Below, piece after piece: positions 26,854-35,253 of a stretch of 39,305 bases of DNA. Position numbers and translations under genes: made by a program. The notes under the pieces are model-generated. The model was given only the letters and a program-made list of their open reading frames with translations, did no database searches and had not been told where the DNA came from. The stretch is taken from assembly GCA_049314535.1 (NCBI GenBank), contig JBMOEX010000003.1, positions 1 to 39,305 of the forward strand, read 5' to 3'. Position 1 is the stretch's first letter. The number at the start of each line of letters is the position of its first letter. The DNA comes from Vampirovibrionia bacterium (GTDB taxonomy: Bacteria; Cyanobacteriota; Vampirovibrionia; LMEP-6097).

Positions 26854-29770
26854 AGCACAAAAAAGAAAAGCCACAAGTTCGACAAGTTTTCAAAACCAAT
26901 CAGCAGCTAGATTTGAGCAAGCTGAACAATTAATGCCGTCATTACAAGAGGTTCAGATTTCTGAGCAAGTACAAGCCCCTGTTATTCACATTGACAGAGC
27001 TGAAATTCAGAAAGTAGTTGAAATAGAAAAACAGATCATACTGCAAGAATTTGAAGCTGAAATAGCAGAAAAAAGAAGAATTGTTGAAACAGAGATACAG
27101 AGCAAACTTGAAGAAATAGAAATCAATTTAGCAAATATACAACAACGTGAACATGAAATAGAAACTATTTTATCTACAGAGAAACAAAATTTAGAAATCG
27201 AAAAAGCTGCTGAACAAGAGAGAATTCAGACCATAGAGCAGCAGCTTCAAAGTCAATTCGAGACTGCGATTCAGCAAGGCTTTGAACAAGGATATCAAGA
27301 AGCTAAAACAAATTTAGATAAAGTAAGTAGTGAATTTGAAGAAATTATCCATAATATGCATCGCTCTAAAGAAGTACTTCTTCTAGAGATAGAACCACAA
27401 ATCACCAGCATAGCCCTAGAAGTAGCGAGAAAAATTTTACAAAGGGAAAGCAAACTAGATAGCAACCTGATTCTAGAACAAGTAAAAAGCGCCATCCGAA
27501 AAGTTACTATTCGAGGTGGTCTCCTCGAAGTAAGTATCAATCCAGAAGATACTCAGCATCAAACTGACCTAGAAAGTGCCTTAGATAAAATGCTTGATAA
27601 AGAAGTTAGATTAATTTTCAAGGAAGATCCCAGTGTAAGTCAAGGCTCTTGCATAGTTGATACCCAAGGCGGCCAATTAAATGCAAATTTTAAAATTCAG
27701 ATCGAGTCTGTTAAATTAGCTTTTGAGAAATACTTCGGCAAAGAAATAATTTTAATAGAGGCTCCAGATGAAGAGGAAATACCACTTGAGTTAGAGGCAG
27801 TCACAGAGTTAGAAGAGATACTGCCTGAATTAGAAGCAGTCACAGAGTTAGAAGAAATACCACTTGAGCTAGAAGCAGTCACAGAGCCAGAAGAAATACT
27901 GCCTGAATTAGAAGCCGTCACAGAGTTAGAAGAGATAACACTTGAGCCAGAAGCAGTCGCAGAGCTAGAAGAAATAGCACTTGAGCTAGAGCCAGTCACA
28001 GAGTTAGAAGAGATATCACTTGAGCCAGAAGCAGTCACAGAGCTAGAAGAGATAGCGATTGAGATAGAAGCAGTCACAGAGTTAGAAGAAATACCACTTG
28101 AGTTAGAGGCAGTCACAGAGCTAGAAGAAATACCACTTGAGCTAGAGCCAGTCACAGAGTTAGAAGAGATACCACTTGAGCTAGAAGCAGTCACAGAGCC
28201 AGAAGAAATATCACTTGAGTTAGAAGCAGTCACAGAGCCAGAAGAGATCAACTTCACCGAGAATCTAGATAATCAATTTATTTTTGAAAGTGCAGTAGAC
28301 GCACAAAGTCAACAAAATTCAAATGAAGCCTTTTCAGCCGATACTTTAGCTTTAATGAACGAACTAGATTTAGCCTTCAATCCAAGAGACATTAGCAATT
28401 CCACCGATGAATACATCAACCTTGAGACCCTAGATGCCGAGCTGGAATCGGTTTTAAGTGAAGATGTTAATCATGTTGAGATAAAAATAGAAGATGTTAA
28501 TCATGTTGAGATAGAAGCAGAAGGTCTTAGTCATATCGAAAACACAGAAATTGAAAATTGCGAGCAGTCTCTTGAAAATCTTAATACACCTGAAAACCCT
28601 AGCGAGATTAAAGACGATATAGAAATTAAAGACCACAACGAAATTAAAAACTCTAATAAAACTGAAGATATTAACTTAGAAGATTTACAGGCATTATTTG
28701 CAGCTGACAGTGAAGAAGAAGAAGAAGAAGAAGAAGCAGAAGAAGAAGCAATCACAGAACATCCAAACAATCAGCTTATTTTCGAGAGTATAACAAGCAC
28801 GCTGGATCAACACCACTCAAGTGAAGCTTTCTCTGCTAATGCTCTACAATTGATGAACGAACCAGATTCAGCCTTCAATCAAAAACACATTAGCAATTCC
28901 ACAGATGAGCACATCAACATTGAGACCCTAGATGCTGAGCTGGAATCGGTTTTAGGCAAAGAGGTTAATCATGTTGAAATAAAAATAGAAGATGTTAATC
29001 ATGTTGAGATAGAAGCAGAAGGTCTTAGTCATATCGAAATAGAACCGACTGAAGATCTTAGTAAAACTGCAAGCCCTAGCGAGATTAAAGACGATACAGA
29101 GATTAAAGACGATACAGAAATTAAAGACCACAACGAAATTAAAAACCCTAGCAAAATCGAAGATATTAACTTAGAAGATTTACAGGCATTATTTGCAGCT
29201 GATAGTGAAGAAACTGTAGATGAGGAAACGAATGCAGACCTTGATTTCATTCTAGATCAACTTAAAGAAAATACACCAATTGATCTAGAAAATGATGGGT
29301 CTAATGAGAGTAAAGTAATAGAGGAGACTGATGAATTAGATAAAATCATGGACAAATCAGATTTAGATAAAATAGATTTAAATTTCGACCTTGAGTCACC
29401 AGATGAAGAGGATTTGGAGGCACTGGAAGAGAGCATGGATGCACTATTGACAGAAGTTGAGGGTGAAGACACAGATGAGCTCGAAGCTTTACTCGGGGCA
29501 AGCAGTATTAAGTTTAACTTCTCAGAAGATGATGATGAGCTGCCAGAAATTGTCACAGACGAACTTGAAGAAGATGATGATGACAAAGAACTGCCAGAGA
29601 TTGTCATTGAGGAGATTGAAGATGATGATGAGGTGATAACCAGTATCACCGATGAAGAAGAAATAGATTTCAGCGAAAATCCTAAAAAAGATCCAGTCTT
29701 TGAAGAATTTGATGAAGGTTACGATGATGACTACAGTGAAGGCAGCGATCCTCGCTTTCCAGATTACTAA
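26843..29770 (+). CDS. fliH: FliH/SctL-family export protein with very long acidic repeat tail
   Basis: AIQQGFEQGYQEA (AxxxGxxxGxxxA), IALEVARKIL, VSINPED and DPSVSQGSCIVDTQGGQLNA in the first ~300 aa; then ~665 aa of D/E-rich repeats. Confidence 0.8.
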   Translation: MLIKAQKRKATSSTSFQNQSAARFEQAEQLMPSLQEVQISEQVQAPVIHIDRAEIQKVVEIEKQIILQEFEAEIAEKRRIVETEIQSKLEEIEINLANIQQREHEIETILSTEKQNLEIEKAAEQERIQTIEQQLQSQFETAIQQGFEQGYQEAKTNLDKVSSEFEEIIHNMHRSKEVLLLEIEPQITSIALEVARKILQRESKLDSNLILEQVKSAIRKVTIRGGLLEVSINPEDTQHQTDLESALDKMLDKEVRLIFKEDPSVSQGSCIVDTQGGQLNANFKIQIESVKLAFEKYFGKEIILIEAPDEEEIPLELEAVTELEEILPELEAVTELEEIPLELEAVTEPEEILPELEAVTELEEITLEPEAVAELEEIALELEPVTELEEISLEPEAVTELEEIAIEIEAVTELEEIPLELEAVTELEEIPLELEPVTELEEIPLELEAVTEPEEISLELEAVTEPEEINFTENLDNQFIFESAVDAQSQQNSNEAFSADTLALMNELDLAFNPRDISNSTDEYINLETLDAELESVLSEDVNHVEIKIEDVNHVEIEAEGLSHIENTEIENCEQSLENLNTPENPSEIKDDIEIKDHNEIKNSNKTEDINLEDLQALFAADSEEEEEEEEAEEEAITEHPNNQLIFESITSTLDQHHSSEAFSANALQLMNEPDSAFNQKHISNSTDEHINIETLDAELESVLGKEVNHVEIKIEDVNHVEIEAEGLSHIEIEPTEDLSKTASPSEIKDDTEIKDDTEIKDHNEIKNPSKIEDINLEDLQALFAADSEETVDEETNADLDFILDQLKENTPIDLENDGSNESKVIEETDELDKIMDKSDLDKIDLNFDLESPDEEDLEALEESMDALLTEVEGEDTDELEALLGASSIKFNFSEDDDELPEIVTDELEEDDDDKELPEIVIEEIEDDDEVITSITDEEEIDFSENPKKDPVFEEFDEGYDDDYSEGSDPRFPDY
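27773..28240 (+). repeat. Coding tandem repeat, 12 x 39 bp (13-aa unit EEIPLELEAVTEL)
   Basis: Twelve contiguous degenerate copies counted in both DNA and protein, with no spacers. Confidence 0.95.
28271..29212 (+). repeat. Internal duplication of ~445 bp (28271..28717 and 28769..29212) within fliH, with a (GAA)8 run at 28712..28735
   Basis: Both copies contain NQ.IFES...ETLDAELESVL...VNHVEIKIEDVNHVEIEAEGLSHIE...EDINLEDLQALFAADSEE. Confidence 0.92.
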
Positions 29771-29806
29771 AAGCAAATCTTTAGGAAAAACTATATAATT
29801 AATCTT

Positions 29807-30382
29807 ATGAGTACATTAAATGTTACTGTAAGAGCGGAGTACACGCCGAACCCCAATAGTTTAAAATTCATATGCAGTGAAACCCTTTATCCATACGGAG
29901 GATCACTATCATACAGCTCTCAAGCGGCAGCGGAAGCGGCTGAAAACCCCGTAGCTATAAGATTGTTCAACATAGAAGGCTTGAATAAAATATTTATCAT
30001 GTCAAATTTTGTCACCATTGACAAAGAAGATCATATTAATTGGAAAGATATTCACCTAGAAGTGAAGGAAGCTATTAAAGATAATTTATCCTCTTTTAAA
30101 AAATGGGCTGAAGAAAACGCCCCAGCCGTCCCAGAAAGTGATGGTAGTGAAGGCGGTCTTAGAGTAGAAATAGAAAGAGTGCTTGATAAAATCAGACCTT
30201 CTTTAATGGCTGACGGTGGAAATATAGAACTCGTGGACATAATCGGCACGGATGCGAGATTAAGGATGGTAGGAGCCTGTGGGACCTGCCCAAGTTCACT
30301 TATGACGATGAAGATGGGAGTGGAGAGAGCTTTGCTTTCTGAGCTGCCTGGTAAGGTTGAAACTGTGACGCAGGTTTTTTAG
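29807..30382 (+). CDS. Nfu1/NifU-family Fe-S cluster scaffold (Nfu_N + NifU_C domains)
   Basis: N-terminal motif TPNPNSLKF; C-terminal motifs IRPSLMADGGNIEL and GACGTCPSS (CxxC). Confidence 0.9.
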   Translation: MSTLNVTVRAEYTPNPNSLKFICSETLYPYGGSLSYSSQAAAEAAENPVAIRLFNIEGLNKIFIMSNFVTIDKEDHINWKDIHLEVKEAIKDNLSSFKKWAEENAPAVPESDGSEGGLRVEIERVLDKIRPSLMADGGNIELVDIIGTDARLRMVGACGTCPSSLMTMKMGVERALLSELPGKVETVTQVF

Positions 30383-30399
30383 GAAAATATTTTTTAACT

Positions 30400-30873
30400 T
30401 CAACTCAATAACTGGTATTCGTAGAAAAGATCAAATAATTGATTCCTAATTTTCCGAAGCTCTCTGTCAGTACGTTCCCCAAGTGTAAATAAAGAACAGT
30501 GCGAATTATCTTTTTCTAAGGCTGTATCTAAAACAATTAATTGCCTTTCTCGGGATTCATCTGTAAGAGAGCGAACTTGAATGCATTTGATTTTTGCAAA
30601 AGCAGCCGACTGTTCTTGACGTAGTCTCTGAGTGCTTCGTGCTGACCTATTAATTGCATTATCTTTCATAATGTTGAAATTTACATAATTTTCTCTATGA
30701 CAGCTAAGTCCCCTGCTACGAAGGTCACTAATTGACATTGAGCTATCAAGAAATCTTGAGTTATCATCAATATCTGCAGGACTAGAATAAGTCCTCAACA
30801 AAACCTCATTATTATCAACCACTGCAGGTGAGAATTCTGACTGTTTTATCGTTTCATCTTCGAGAGTGCGCAT
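30400..30873 (-). CDS. Hypothetical protein, possible ADP-ribosyltransferase-fold toxin
   Basis: 157-aa ORF with EVLLR...GLSCHR...NSHCSL spacing reminiscent of small ART-fold proteins; overlaps the upstream gene. Confidence 0.55.
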   Translation of the reverse strand: MRTLEDETIKQSEFSPAVVDNNEVLLRTYSSPADIDDNSRFLDSSMSISDLRSRGLSCHRENYVNFNIMKDNAINRSARSTQRLRQEQSAAFAKIKCIQVRSLTDESRERQLIVLDTALEKDNSHCSLFTLGERTDRELRKIRNQLFDLFYEYQLLS

Positions 30874-31487
30874 TGAAACCCCATAAGCAAGATTACAAGT
30901 AATTGTAAATCAAATTCTATATTACTAAATTCCTTATCGTCCTCTCCGAACTCTTTATCTTTAATTTTGGCATAATAAGAATAAATACCAGAACCATAAA
31001 AACCTATATCAAATCTAGCTTCTGGCAAATTCCACCAAAAATTTATCTCACCATCATTCATCAAAGAAACTATGGGCTGCTCAATCTCATCAAGAATGCG
31101 CCTGTCTTTTAATAAATATATAAAGTCCTCTGCTTCTTGAATCGCTTTAGCTGTAGGTGCTTTCGCACATTCACCATCCCAAGTATCCTCCAAAACAGCA
31201 AAAGAACGAACTTTTTCAATTAATAATTGTCCGCTATCTCTAAGAGTAGACTTCCAAGGAACACTCTCTGATTTATTAAATACCACTTGTTGAGTATTAG
31301 GATTAAGATTAAGCCATAAAGGCTTTCCATCGGCTAGATAAATATAAGTAATCACACCTTGCTTGTAAGTATGTGATGATTCAATAGCAAATCCTTGCTT
31401 AGATGAAGTCCCAGAGTTCCAAACATTTTCTGGGAGAGTAGCAGACTTCATCGTCTCAGGCATATTCATGATAGATGCTAAATTCAT
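30846..31487 (-). CDS. Hypothetical protein (WDG-motif family), middle gene of the TIGR04255-like module
   Basis: SD AGGAGAGG upstream; motif LEDTWDGECAKAP...DGEINFWW. Confidence 0.7.
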   Translation of the reverse strand: MNLASIMNMPETMKSATLPENVWNSGTSSKQGFAIESSHTYKQGVITYIYLADGKPLWLNLNPNTQQVVFNKSESVPWKSTLRDSGQLLIEKVRSFAVLEDTWDGECAKAPTAKAIQEAEDFIYLLKDRRILDEIEQPIVSLMNDGEINFWWNLPEARFDIGFYGSGIYSYYAKIKDKEFGEDDKEFSNIEFDLQLLVILLMGFQCALSKMKR

Positions 31488-31499
31488 AACCTCTCCTAT

Positions 31500-32312
31500 T
31501 TATCCATTTAAATCAACTAACATTAGTTTCTTTGATACTTCCGCAACAAACATTGATGACAGAAGCTTTTTATTATTATCATGCATATCATCAAGAAATC
31601 TCAAAACAGTTTCATAATTTAGCCATTCACACATATTGGTTAAGAGCATATTATGATCTATTAAGATTGTTGTATTATCAAGATTTCTGATATTCATTGT
31701 TCCAGAGCTAACATTTAATTGATTTAAATATTCGAATAGTCTTCCATCATAAGATATTTTTTCAAACCAGCCAGAATTAGAATGCCAGCGATGACCACTA
31801 TCAAAGGACTTTCTGTTCAGATAGTTATTATCTCTAAAAAGAGTACTTAGCTGATAGTCCTCTCCCTCTTTATTTTTTTTTATAAATGCATCTATGTATC
31901 TTAAAGAAATCGATTCAACTGAATGAGATGAACTTTGAGTAGAATTTTGGAAAATTTGCTTGAGAAGAATAGAAACTATTCCAATAAATCCTTTCCATCT
32001 TTGATAATCAAGACAACGAAGACTTAAGCCAGAAGGCAATACCGCAAGAATCCATTCAGGATTACCATCTTCTTTAAATCTCTTTAATTCAAAACCAAAA
32101 TCATCTTCATAAGAAGGTGACACATCTTCAGCCTGAAATTGAATAGCCCTTACTTTTAGTTCCTCTACCTTAGGAAGAAAAGCTTGCAATTCTTGATTAT
32201 CTCTAATTCCCCGTATTAGCTCTTCTCTTCGAGATTTTTCCAAAGATGAAACAAAGCCCAAATTAAAACTAGCTTCCAATATAGAATGAGCTCTATTAAT
32301 AGGTTCAAACAT
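31500..32312 (-). CDS. TIGR04255-family-like protein
   Basis: Size (270 aa) and pattern FEPIN.AHSILEASF...CLDYQRW..F...ISLRYIDAF...LIDH...LDDMHDNNK recall this family. Confidence 0.7.
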   Translation of the reverse strand: MFEPINRAHSILEASFNLGFVSSLEKSRREELIRGIRDNQELQAFLPKVEELKVRAIQFQAEDVSPSYEDDFGFELKRFKEDGNPEWILAVLPSGLSLRCLDYQRWKGFIGIVSILLKQIFQNSTQSSSHSVESISLRYIDAFIKKNKEGEDYQLSTLFRDNNYLNRKSFDSGHRWHSNSGWFEKISYDGRLFEYLNQLNVSSGTMNIRNLDNTTILIDHNMLLTNMCEWLNYETVLRFLDDMHDNNKKLLSSMFVAEVSKKLMLVDLNG

Positions 32313-32375
32313 AAATAACCATACAATAACTAAAAGTAATTTTAACCCAAAGTTACAGACTAGGTAATATAATCC

Positions 32376-33167
32376 CTAAATCATCAGTAAAATCACACCC
32401 AAAATAATTCGATAAACCACAAATAAAGTAAAAGTATTCTTACTTAAAAACTTAATTAAAAAATCTATAGAAATTAAACCAGCAAGGAAGCTAGTAAAGA
32501 AGCCTACAGCGAAATATAAGCCCTCGTTCATTAAATCAAAACTCGCACCAGCAGCGGTATAGATTTCAAACAGATCTTTAGTCGCAAGCAAACCAGCACC
32601 CGCAATAGCTGGGCTACCCAATAAAAAAGCAAAACGCACAGCGGCAGCACGACTTAAGCCTAAGCTTAATCCAGCCAAAGAACAAATCCCAGAGCGAGAT
32701 ACTCCAGGGAATAATGCAAGGCACTGTGCCAGACCAATTAAAACAGTATCTTTAAAAGAGATATCTGAAATTTCTTTTTTCTGAGGAAAAAGCTTATCTG
32801 CGATAAAAAGCAATACTGCCACAATAAATAAAGTAAAAGCTATAAACTTCGTAGAACGCAGTAATAATGAGTGTTCAAAGAATGGCTTACAGGTAAAACC
32901 AATAATAACTACAGGTAAAGTAGCCACAAGAATAGCAAGTAATAATTTTCGCTGTGATTTATCTAGAATCAAGCTCAGAAGATCTTTTCTAAAATAAATT
33001 AAAATCGCAAATAAAGTTCCTAAATGTAAAAAAGCATCAACGTTAAGCCCAGGGTCCTGCCAGTGAAGCAGCTTTGGGAAAAGAATCAAGTGAGCGGAAC
33101 TGCTAATCGGCAGCATTTCAGTTACACCCTGAACTAAGCCGAGAATAAAAATCTGGAAAATATCCAT
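32376..33167 (-). CDS. uppP: Undecaprenyl-diphosphate phosphatase
   Basis: Motifs LGLVQGVTEMLPISSSAHL, HLGT, AQCLALFPGVSRSG and FVVYR. Confidence 0.95.
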   Translation of the reverse strand: MDIFQIFILGLVQGVTEMLPISSSAHLILFPKLLHWQDPGLNVDAFLHLGTLFAILIYFRKDLLSLILDKSQRKLLLAILVATLPVVIIGFTCKPFFEHSLLLRSTKFIAFTLFIVAVLLFIADKLFPQKKEISDISFKDTVLIGLAQCLALFPGVSRSGICSLAGLSLGLSRAAAVRFAFLLGSPAIAGAGLLATKDLFEIYTAAGASFDLMNEGLYFAVGFFTSFLAGLISIDFLIKFLSKNTFTLFVVYRIILGVILLMI

Positions 33168-33203
33168 AAATAAAATATTAATCTAAAAAGCTGTATTTAA
33201 TGC

Positions 33204-34115
33204 TTAAACAACAAATAAATCAGGACGATATTTTTTAGTCATTTTTAAAGCCTCTTCTATTCTCCAGAAAAGAATTTTTTTATGATCACCAGACTGTAAG
33301 ACCTCTGGAACAGTCTTTCCATAAAAATCTTTAGGGCGAGTATAATGTGGATACTCTAAAAGACGTAAAGCCAGAAAGCTTTCTAGAGATTTAACACCAT
33401 AGTCCAAAAGCAAATCCTGAAGGCGTTTCAGCTCAGCTTTAGTAAAATCATAATCCTTTAGATGAAAGAGCTCTTGAGCTGTGCTAAAGCTGTCAGCAGC
33501 ATGGCTTTCAGCAGAGCCTAAGACATTAGGCACTAAACGAGAAACAGCGTCTATAACTGCCATAGCAGCAAGCTCACCACCCGTTAAAATAAAATCCCCC
33601 AAAGAAATCACTTTAGTCGCTAAAGAATAAATCCTCTCATCGAAACCCTCATAGTGACCGCAAAGCATGATGATTTGTTTTTTCTGCGCGAGCTCTGAAA
33701 CGAGCTGCTGATTTAAGACTGCACCTCGTGGTGAAAAAATTATCACCTCAGGGGCGTGTAGCTGAACTCCAATTTCTGCGTTTTCGTCGTCCTCATGATC
33801 CTCATGTATTCGTGATACACTGCGGTCATTCGTCCTCCTCAGCCTTGAACTTGTTCGTTCAGCCACACGCCCCTCTGAGGCACTAGACGATATCACAGAT
33901 TCAAGACAGTCATAAAAAGGCTGCGGTGAAAGCAGCATCCCAGCACCGCCGCCATAAGGGGTATCATCCACTTTTTTATGTTTATTAAGAGAGAAGTCTC
34001 TAGGATTATGCACGAGAACCTCACAGACTCTAGATTTCTGGGCATTCGCCAAAATACTAGTATTACAGTAAGACTGAATTAATTCTGGAAATAGAGTCAG
34101 GACATCAAAGCGCAT
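33204..34115 (-). CDS. trmD: tRNA (guanine-37-N1)-methyltransferase, with two in-frame insertions
   Basis: Motifs VLTLFPE, VDDTPYGGGAGM, CGHYEGFDER, SLGDFILTGGE, LLEYPHYTRP and VPEVLQSGDH. Confidence 0.96.
   Translation of the reverse strand: MRFDVLTLFPELIQSYCNTSILANAQKSRVCEVLVHNPRDFSLNKHKKVDDTPYGGGAGMLLSPQPFYDCLESVISSSASEGRVAERTSSRLRRTNDRSVSRIHEDHEDDENAEIGVQLHAPEVIIFSPRGAVLNQQLVSELAQKKQIIMLCGHYEGFDERIYSLATKVISLGDFILTGGELAAMAVIDAVSRLVPNVLGSAESHAADSFSTAQELFHLKDYDFTKAELKRLQDLLLDYGVKSLESFLALRLLEYPHYTRPKDFYGKTVPEVLQSGDHKKILFWRIEEALKMTKKYRPDLFVV
33751..33873. mobile_element. 123-bp palindromic MITE/RPE-like element inserted in frame in trmD
   Basis: Terminal inverted repeat GGGGCGTGTAGCTGAAC / GTTCAGCCACACGCCCC (16 of 17 match), central TGTAT-N5-ATACA hairpin, GC-richer than its flanks, length divisible by 3. 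Confidence 0.8.
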
Positions 34116-34129
34116 TAAAAACTTCTCCC

Positions 34130-35206
34130 TTACACATAAAACAGCTTGGGATTTATAAATTCCTTATCCTTAGTATTAGCTAAAAGATATCCAGCCGCTT
34201 CCAAATAATTATTAACCACTTTATGCGGTATAGCATAGAAATCCGCAGTATCATCAATCACAGTCTGATTATTAAGCACAGTCAGCAATTGAATTTCAGA
34301 CCTATGAGCTTCTATCATGGGAACACCATTACAGCAATCATAAGGCACTACCAAGTTAGATAAATCAGCCACCCTAATATCATCCTCTTTAGGATTTAAA
34401 TCCCAATCAGCTGGATTTACATATTCAGACTGAAGCAGTTTATAAGAGTGTTTCAGGGGAATAATCCTTGGCGAAAACTGAAGGCACTTAAATACTGAAG
34501 GCAGAAAGGTATGTGCGAGCTGCTCAGCTGCTACCCGCGGGTGAACTACCCCTTCATGCTGAATAGGATAATCGAAGACTGGTGCATGAGCAGAAGGAAT
34601 TAGAAACTGCTTGGAGACCATATGCGAAATTTTCGCTTCTATAGAGCCGATAGGATCTGCACCAGCTCCATCTAAATATTCTTTAGAATTTTCTGAATCT
34701 AAGGCTAAAGGTAATTTAACTAATAAAGCTAAAGCAGTCGCCCCAGCTTCTACAGCCTGCTTGCAGGCATTTAAAAGCGGAACTATATTACCAAGCCCTT
34801 CTAGGCTAACATTTAGAGGAATATCCGTATAAAAAATATTTTCTATCACATCCAATCCATAAACATTCTCCGCCGCATGGATAGCATTTTCAGTAATTTC
34901 CTTCTCTCTTAAAGCCGCTCCTGAATCCATAATCACGGCTATTTTATGCTTCACATTCAGGCGCAGGCATATTTGGTTAGCAAAAAATCTATCTAAAAGA
35001 TATCCTTCGAGAACCGTCACATTCTGCGGAATATCAGTAAGTGCCGCAGCATTTATAACATTCGGGTGAGTGATAAGCAGGTCAGAGGCTTTCGCTAAAA
35101 GCTTAGCTACAGGGGTGCCATCGCCAGCATAACCACCAATTTTCGCCCCGATTCCAGTAGGAATAATTAATGCATTGATGTTTCTATAAAGTTTCTTTAC
35201 CGTCAT
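34130..35206 (-). CDS. DUF3326 domain protein
   Basis: Motifs LIIPTGIGAKIGGYAGD, LITHPNVINAA, GADPIGSIEAKISH, AHAP, AAEQLAHTFLPSV and NYLEAAG. Confidence 0.88.
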   Translation of the reverse strand: MTVKKLYRNINALIIPTGIGAKIGGYAGDGTPVAKLLAKASDLLITHPNVINAAALTDIPQNVTVLEGYLLDRFFANQICLRLNVKHKIAVIMDSGAALREKEITENAIHAAENVYGLDVIENIFYTDIPLNVSLEGLGNIVPLLNACKQAVEAGATALALLVKLPLALDSENSKEYLDGAGADPIGSIEAKISHMVSKQFLIPSAHAPVFDYPIQHEGVVHPRVAAEQLAHTFLPSVFKCLQFSPRIIPLKHSYKLLQSEYVNPADWDLNPKEDDIRVADLSNLVVPYDCCNGVPMIEAHRSEIQLLTVLNNQTVIDDTADFYAIPHKVVNNYLEAAGYLLANTKDKEFINPKLFYV

Positions 35207-35253
35207 TTAACTTATTTATTATAGAGAATATTAATGGGTAAAGGCGAATTGAT

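Noticed and set aside
27773-28240. 39-bp repeat array as a possible CRISPR
   Set aside because: Units are contiguous with no unique spacers, vary in a codon-respecting way inside an open frame, and no cas genes are nearby.
27295-29776. Ser-rich minus-strand ORFs opposite fliH
   Set aside because: They are antisense shadows of Glu/Asp codon repeats (GAA/GAT read as TTC/ATC/TCT) with no independent coding signal.
33363-33873. TrmD insertions as inteins or introns
   Set aside because: Too short, no C/S start or HN-C/S/T end, and no group I/II intron features; the frame is intact.
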